Shown here: in pieces, positions 59,378-64,000 of the stretch | Layout: each line of letters starts with the position of its first letter | Position numbering within the stretch: position 1 is the stretch's first letter | Assembly (NCBI GenBank): GCA_030390025.1 | Contig: CM059431.1 | Span: 144,586,001 to 144,650,000 of the forward strand | From: Squalus acanthias | Taxonomy: Eukaryota | Direction of reading: 5' to 3' | Length of the DNA: 64,000 nucleotides | The notes under the pieces: generated by a model | What the model was told of the DNA's origin: nothing | Seen by the model: only the letters and a program-made list of their open reading frames with translations | Databases searched by the model: none | Translations under genes and position numbers: made by a program

Positions 59378-62300
59378 TCAATGTTTCGGCGGGCAGGGAG
59401 CCAGATCCCGTAATGACACGGTAGATTCCCGACCGTCAGGATACCGAATATAGGCGTAGGTAGGGTTGACGTCAGTGAGCTCAACCTCATCTACCAGGGG
59501 GTCATTCTTAGACGCCCGAACATATCTTCGGAGTAGCACTGGTCCCGGTGCAGTCAGCCACGACGGGAGAGATATCCCATAGGATGAGCGACGCTGAAAT
59601 CGGAAGAACCGTTCATGAGGCGTCGTATTTGTGGCGGTCGAAAGGAGGGACCGTGTGGGGTGTAATGCGTCTGGAAGTACTGCTTCCCATTGCTGGTTGG
59701 GTAGGCCCCGAGATCTCAAAGCCAGACGTACCGCATTCCAGATGATAGCGTTAAAACGCTCGACTTGCCCATTCCCGACCGGATGATAAGGCGTCGTTCT
59801 GCTGGCAGCAATACCCCGTTCCGAGAGATAGGCCTTGAGTTCTCCTGACATAAAAGAAGGGCCCCGATCCGAATGAACATAGGATGCCATGCCACAGAAA
59901 GCAAATACCTGCTCAAGGCAGCTGATAACCGTGGTCGTCAGCATATTGGGGCAGGGAAAGGCAAACGGAAAACGGGAATACTCATCGACCATGGTCAATA
60001 GATAAGTGTTGCGAGTTGAAGAGGGCAACGGCCCCTTAAAATCGATGCTAAGCCGTTGCATTGGCTGGGTCGCATATATGAGTATACCACCCGAGGGGCG
60101 GAAAAACTGAGGTTTCAATTCCGCACAGACTCTGCAGTCCGAGCACATCTTCTTTACATCCCCGGTAGAGAATGGGAGATTTCGGGACCGCACGAAGTGT
60201 AGCATGCGAGTAACGCCCGGATGACACAACCCATCATGGATGTCTACGAGCGTAGAGGGTGCCATGGCGGAGCAGAATGCTCGTGTGAGATAATCCGGAG
60301 CCACATTCTCCTTGCCAGGTCGATAGTGGATGGTGTAACCAAAAGAGGCCAATTCCAGCCGCCAAAGCTGGATTTTATTATTTTTAATTTTGGTCCGTTT
60401 TCGATTATCGAGCATGAAGGTGACCGATCGCTGGTCCGTGATTAAGGTAAAGTGCTGGCGAGCTAGGAGATGACTCCACTTCCGTACTGCCTCTATGATG
60501 GCTGTAGCTTCTTTCTCGACTGGAGGATAATGTAGCTCAGCCCCTTGAAAAGTCCTGGACAAAAATGCCACCGGACGACCTTCCTGATTCAGAGTGGCCG
60601 AGATCGCCACCTCCGAGGCATCACACTCAACAACAAAAGGAAGACTCTCATCGATGGAGTGAAGAGCCGCTTTCTCCAACTGTTTTTTCAGGAGGTTAAA
60701 GGCTGCAACAGCCGCTGTGTCTAGTGGGAATGTGCTGGCCTTCAGTAGAGGTTGGATTCGGTCCGAGAAGTTAGGAATCCATTTAGCATAGTATGCAAAC
60801 AGGCCGAGGGCCCGGCGCAAGGAGGCCGGATTCTTAGGTGGCGGGAGTTCTTGGAGTGGGCGAAGCCTTTCAGGGTCAGGTTTAATGATGCCATTGCCCA
60901 CACAATAGCCAAGGATGTTGATGGTTGGTTGTGACTCAATGGATTTAGCCGTATTTAATGTCAAATTACGGTGCTGGACTGCATCCCCAAATCGTTGGAG
61001 ATTGGCGTCATGTTCCCGCTGATTGCGACCTGCGACAGTAATATTGTCCAGATAAGGAAACGTATCCTTTAAGTCTTCCTGTTTGACCAGGTCATCCATT
61101 GCTCGCTGGAAGACAGCCACTCCATTAGTGACCCCAAAGGGGAGACGACAAAATTGATACAGCCGTCCATTGGCTTCAAAGGCCGTATACTGCTTGTCTG
61201 AGACCTTCAAGGGTACCTGATGATAGGCACTTTTCAGATCATATGTTGAGAACACCGTGTACTCAGCCAGTTTATTAACCATATCATCGATGCGCGGCAA
61301 TGGGTATGCGTCCAAGTCCGTATATTGATTGATGGTCTGTGAATAGTCAATGCACAGCCGCTTCTTGTGAGGTTGTAGAGGGTTCTTAACAATAACGACC
61401 TGGGTGCGCCATGGCGACGAACAAGGCTCGATGATATCCTCTGCTAAAAGCCGAGAAATCTCAGCCGCAATAAAAGACTGGTCTTCCTGACTGAAACGTC
61501 GTGACTTTGTTATAATCGGTTTGCATCGAGGAGGGATACTGGTAAACAGTGAGGGTTCATCCAGTGAAGCTGCTGACAATGCACAGAACGGTAATCGAGG
61601 TCGTATATTAGAAATAGTGAGTTCAGGTTTGGATCCGCCGAACTCAATGGTGAGCTTCTTATGCTGCTTTTGAAAATCTAGCCCTAAGATAAGATCACTA
61701 CATAAGTCCTTGAGCACCGAAAGCCGGGTGGAGGGATACCTGTGACCATTAAGTGTTATTTCAACCATACAAAAGCCAGAAATTCTGGTATTAAGTGATG
61801 ACTGAGCCATCGCAATTGCCTGGTCCGATGGGAAAACATGTAGCTTTAACTCTGCAACAATCTGTTCCCTAATGAAACTATCAGTGCTACCTGAGTCAAT
61901 TAAGGCATCTAAAGTATGTCCATTAATTGATGCTTTTGTAGCTGCATGGAATAGGTTCTGAGGACAAGCAGCTGTAATTGGTGTCGTTGCACAAAGAGTG
62001 GCTGAAACTCTAGGTGTGTTTCTTCGAGAGAAAACCCGAGAGGAAGCACGATAGATTTTAGCCGGAACATCTTGATAGGCCCTTACCGGGGCAGTTCGGT
62101 AGGACTTAGCTTGATAAGCCCTCGTAGAGGCTCTTGATAGGCAAACCTTTGCAAAATGACCCTTTTTGTTGCAATGACTGCAAAACGCATTGCGAGCAGG
62201 GCAGAATTTCCGAGGGTGAAACTCATCACCACAAAAGAAGCATTTCTTAGATTGCCAAGAGGCTGCCACAGTGGGGTCATCATCCTCTTCATCAGTGAAG

Positions 62301-62932
62301 TCATCAGATTGATCGTCAGGGATAAAGTCCTCCCTAATAGAGTTCACCTGTGGCCTCTTAAATTGCCTGACTGTAGTTAAGGCAGCAGACCGAGGTCTGG
62401 GCACTGTATAAAGGTCTGCATTTCTTTTTGCCAGATCTAGAGAGCAAGCCATGTCATATGCTCTCTGAAGCTCAAGTGTCTTACTTTCCAGTAGACGCTG
62501 GCGTATAAATGGGGAGGCAAGCCCGCAGATGAAAGCATCACGGATCATTTCTTCACGGTACAGCTCAGCTGAGGCCGCCTGAAATTTACAGTCCATACTA
62601 AGTCTGCGAAGCTCTTGGAGGAATTTATCAATGGATTCCTCCAGCCCTTGTTGGGCTGTAGCTAGTAGATGTCTGGCATAGACCTCATTCGGTGTCTTAG
62701 TATATAGTCTTTTAAGCATCCGAATTGCCTCCTCGTAACTGCCCCATTCCTCGACATACTGAAATACATTCGGGGTGACACAGTTGATGAGTATCCGCAA
62801 TTTTGAGTCATCATCAGACTTGCAATATTCGAGAAAATTGTCAAACGTGCGATACCAGTGTTTCCACACCTTACCGGCTGCTGGGGTGTTTGGGTCCAAG
62901 TCAAGACGCGATGGTTTAAGGATGTTTTCCAT
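59378..62932 (-). CDS. Gypsy B single-ORF Gag-Pol polyprotein (1184 aa)
   Basis: Two CCHC knuckles, PR ALIDSGS, RT YDLKSAYHQ/YLDN, RH VECDAS/EKE/TDQ, IN H-H-C-C and D(IDFKG)-D(HSDRG)-E(GQVER); no chromodomain. Confidence 0.96.
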   Translation of the reverse strand: MENILKPSRLDLDPNTPAAGKVWKHWYRTFDNFLEYCKSDDDSKLRILINCVTPNVFQYVEEWGSYEEAIRMLKRLYTKTPNEVYARHLLATAQQGLEESIDKFLQELRRLSMDCKFQAASAELYREEMIRDAFICGLASPFIRQRLLESKTLELQRAYDMACSLDLAKRNADLYTVPRPRSAALTTVRQFKRPQVNSIREDFIPDDQSDDFTDEEDDDPTVAASWQSKKCFFCGDEFHPRKFCPARNAFCSHCNKKGHFAKVCLSRASTRAYQAKSYRTAPVRAYQDVPAKIYRASSRVFSRRNTPRVSATLCATTPITAACPQNLFHAATKASINGHTLDALIDSGSTDSFIREQIVAELKLHVFPSDQAIAMAQSSLNTRISGFCMVEITLNGHRYPSTRLSVLKDLCSDLILGLDFQKQHKKLTIEFGGSKPELTISNIRPRLPFCALSAASLDEPSLFTSIPPRCKPIITKSRRFSQEDQSFIAAEISRLLAEDIIEPCSSPWRTQVVIVKNPLQPHKKRLCIDYSQTINQYTDLDAYPLPRIDDMVNKLAEYTVFSTYDLKSAYHQVPLKVSDKQYTAFEANGRLYQFCRLPFGVTNGVAVFQRAMDDLVKQEDLKDTFPYLDNITVAGRNQREHDANLQRFGDAVQHRNLTLNTAKSIESQPTINILGYCVGNGIIKPDPERLRPLQELPPPKNPASLRRALGLFAYYAKWIPNFSDRIQPLLKASTFPLDTAAVAAFNLLKKQLEKAALHSIDESLPFVVECDASEVAISATLNQEGRPVAFLSRTFQGAELHYPPVEKEATAIIEAVRKWSHLLARQHFTLITDQRSVTFMLDNRKRTKIKNNKIQLWRLELASFGYTIHYRPGKENVAPDYLTRAFCSAMAPSTLVDIHDGLCHPGVTRMLHFVRSRNLPFSTGDVKKMCSDCRVCAELKPQFFRPSGGILIYATQPMQRLSIDFKGPLPSSTRNTYLLTMVDEYSRFPFAFPCPNMLTTTVISCLEQVFAFCGMASYVHSDRGPSFMSGELKAYLSERGIAASRTTPYHPVGNGQVERFNAIIWNAVRLALRSRGLPNQQWEAVLPDALHPTRSLLSTATNTTPHERFFRFQRRSSYGISLPSWLTAPGPVLLRRYVRASKNDPLVDEVELTDVNPTYAYIRYPDGRESTVSLRDLAPCPPKH

Positions 62933-63010
62933 GATGGGTGATTCCCTGGATCCTTAGTTCCGAGTTCGTCCAAAAAGTTTGAGTGCGAAGTTTTTCAAAG
63001 TTGTTTAAAT

Positions 63011-63204
63011 TGTCGTAAGAATGAGCCTTACGCGTGGTGAACTTAAAGTAAGCTTTAATCAACTAAAAAGGTGCTACATACAAAAGAGGTCTTACTCTAT
63101 GCCTCTCCAGGATCCAACTGAGCAGCCCAGTATTTATCCTGGACTAATCACAGGAAGTGATGTAATAAAGTTCAAGTCACAGGAAGCTGTATTGTGTTAC
63201 CACA
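63011..63204 (-). repeat. 5' LTR of Gypsy B
   Basis: TG..CA ends; followed on the element strand by a non-tRNA PBS. Confidence 0.95.
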
Positions 63205-63399
63205 ATGTTCTTGTCCAGTAATCCCGCCTCTACAGCACATTTCACTCACAAGTTCAGACTGACTACCTCAAACCGGCTTCACTTCAGAAATGTTCTCTCT
63301 CCCGCAAACGACACGCTCTTTAGCAGTGGCCTCAGATGTGAGAACTGCGGTCCCCAAGATATCTGTATTGGATATTCAACTTTTCACCATATTTATTAT

Positions 63400-64000
63400 T
63401 GATTGGATGGTGCAATAGAGCGCTGTAGATCCAAGTTTGAAGATCGCACTAAGTTAGGAGGCACGGTAGTAGTGCGAATGGGAACGGGACATAACCAAAG
63501 GGACTGAGGCAGACGAAGTAAGCGGGCAAAATTATGTCAAATCGAGTTCATTGTGCGCAAGTGTGACATCATCCACTTTGAAACCAAGTAAGAGAGTTCG
63601 GAGTATTTTCTAAATAATGGGAAGCTATTAACTGCTGAGGAGCAAAGAGGTTTGTGAGTCCCAGTTCACAAATCATTATCAGCTAGTAGACATGGAGAAA
63701 AAGACATTTGATAAAGTCCCACATAAGGGACTGTTAGGTAAAGTTGAAGCTCGTGGAAGTGAAGACAAATTTTTGTCCTGGTTAGGAAATTGTTTGAGCG
63801 ACAGGAGAAACAGTGTATGGATAATGGGCAGATACTTTAATTGGCAGGATATGTCTAATGGTGTCTCTGAGGGATCCATTTTGGGACTTGAACTATTCAC
63901 CGTTTTTATTAACGAATTAGTTGGTGCGATTTACAGCCACACTTCCAACTTTGACGCTGTCACAAAGACTGCCGGCATTATTAGCAGTTTAGGTGGAAGC
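63400..64000 (+). mobile_element. Old CR1 RT fragments
   Basis: FDKVPHKGLL, NGVSEGSILGLELFTVFINEL remnants. Confidence 0.7.

Larger units (their letters stand above)
58724..63204 (-). mobile_element. Full-length Ty3/Gypsy LTR retrotransposon B (near intact)
   Basis: 194-bp TG..CA LTRs (4 mismatches), TSD ATGTT (58719-58723 / 63205-63209), PPT G9AGAA (58918-58930). Confidence 0.97.

Noticed and set aside
59378..62932. Endogenous retrovirus or env-bearing element
   Set aside because: No env ORF; the sequence between IN and the PPT is a hydrophilic integrase tail.

Overview
Eukaryotic, repeat-dense vertebrate DNA, most likely from a cartilaginous fish (HE1-like V-SINE, SacSINE1/Deu-domain SINEs, abundant CR1, GPR139/142-like receptors). 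It holds two convergent, two-exon GPR139/GPR142-like class A GPCR paralogs, both with lesions (26734-28147 +, 40628-41798 -). Each sits behind a near-identical promoter block and a 48/49-bp satellite. There are two full-length Ty3/Gypsy LTR retrotransposons (A 43791-48293, decayed; B 58724-63204, nearly intact), two young CR1 copies with open ORF2, many old LINE/SINE/MITE fragments, a 33-bp minisatellite and a degenerate tRNA-Lys(UUU). Most striking: neither Gypsy element has a tRNA primer-binding site. Both instead carry a covarying LTR/PBS fold-back structure typical of self-priming, and both have a YLDN rather than YxDD RT motif. Boundaries of old repeats are approximate, and family names come from recognition by eye, not database searches.
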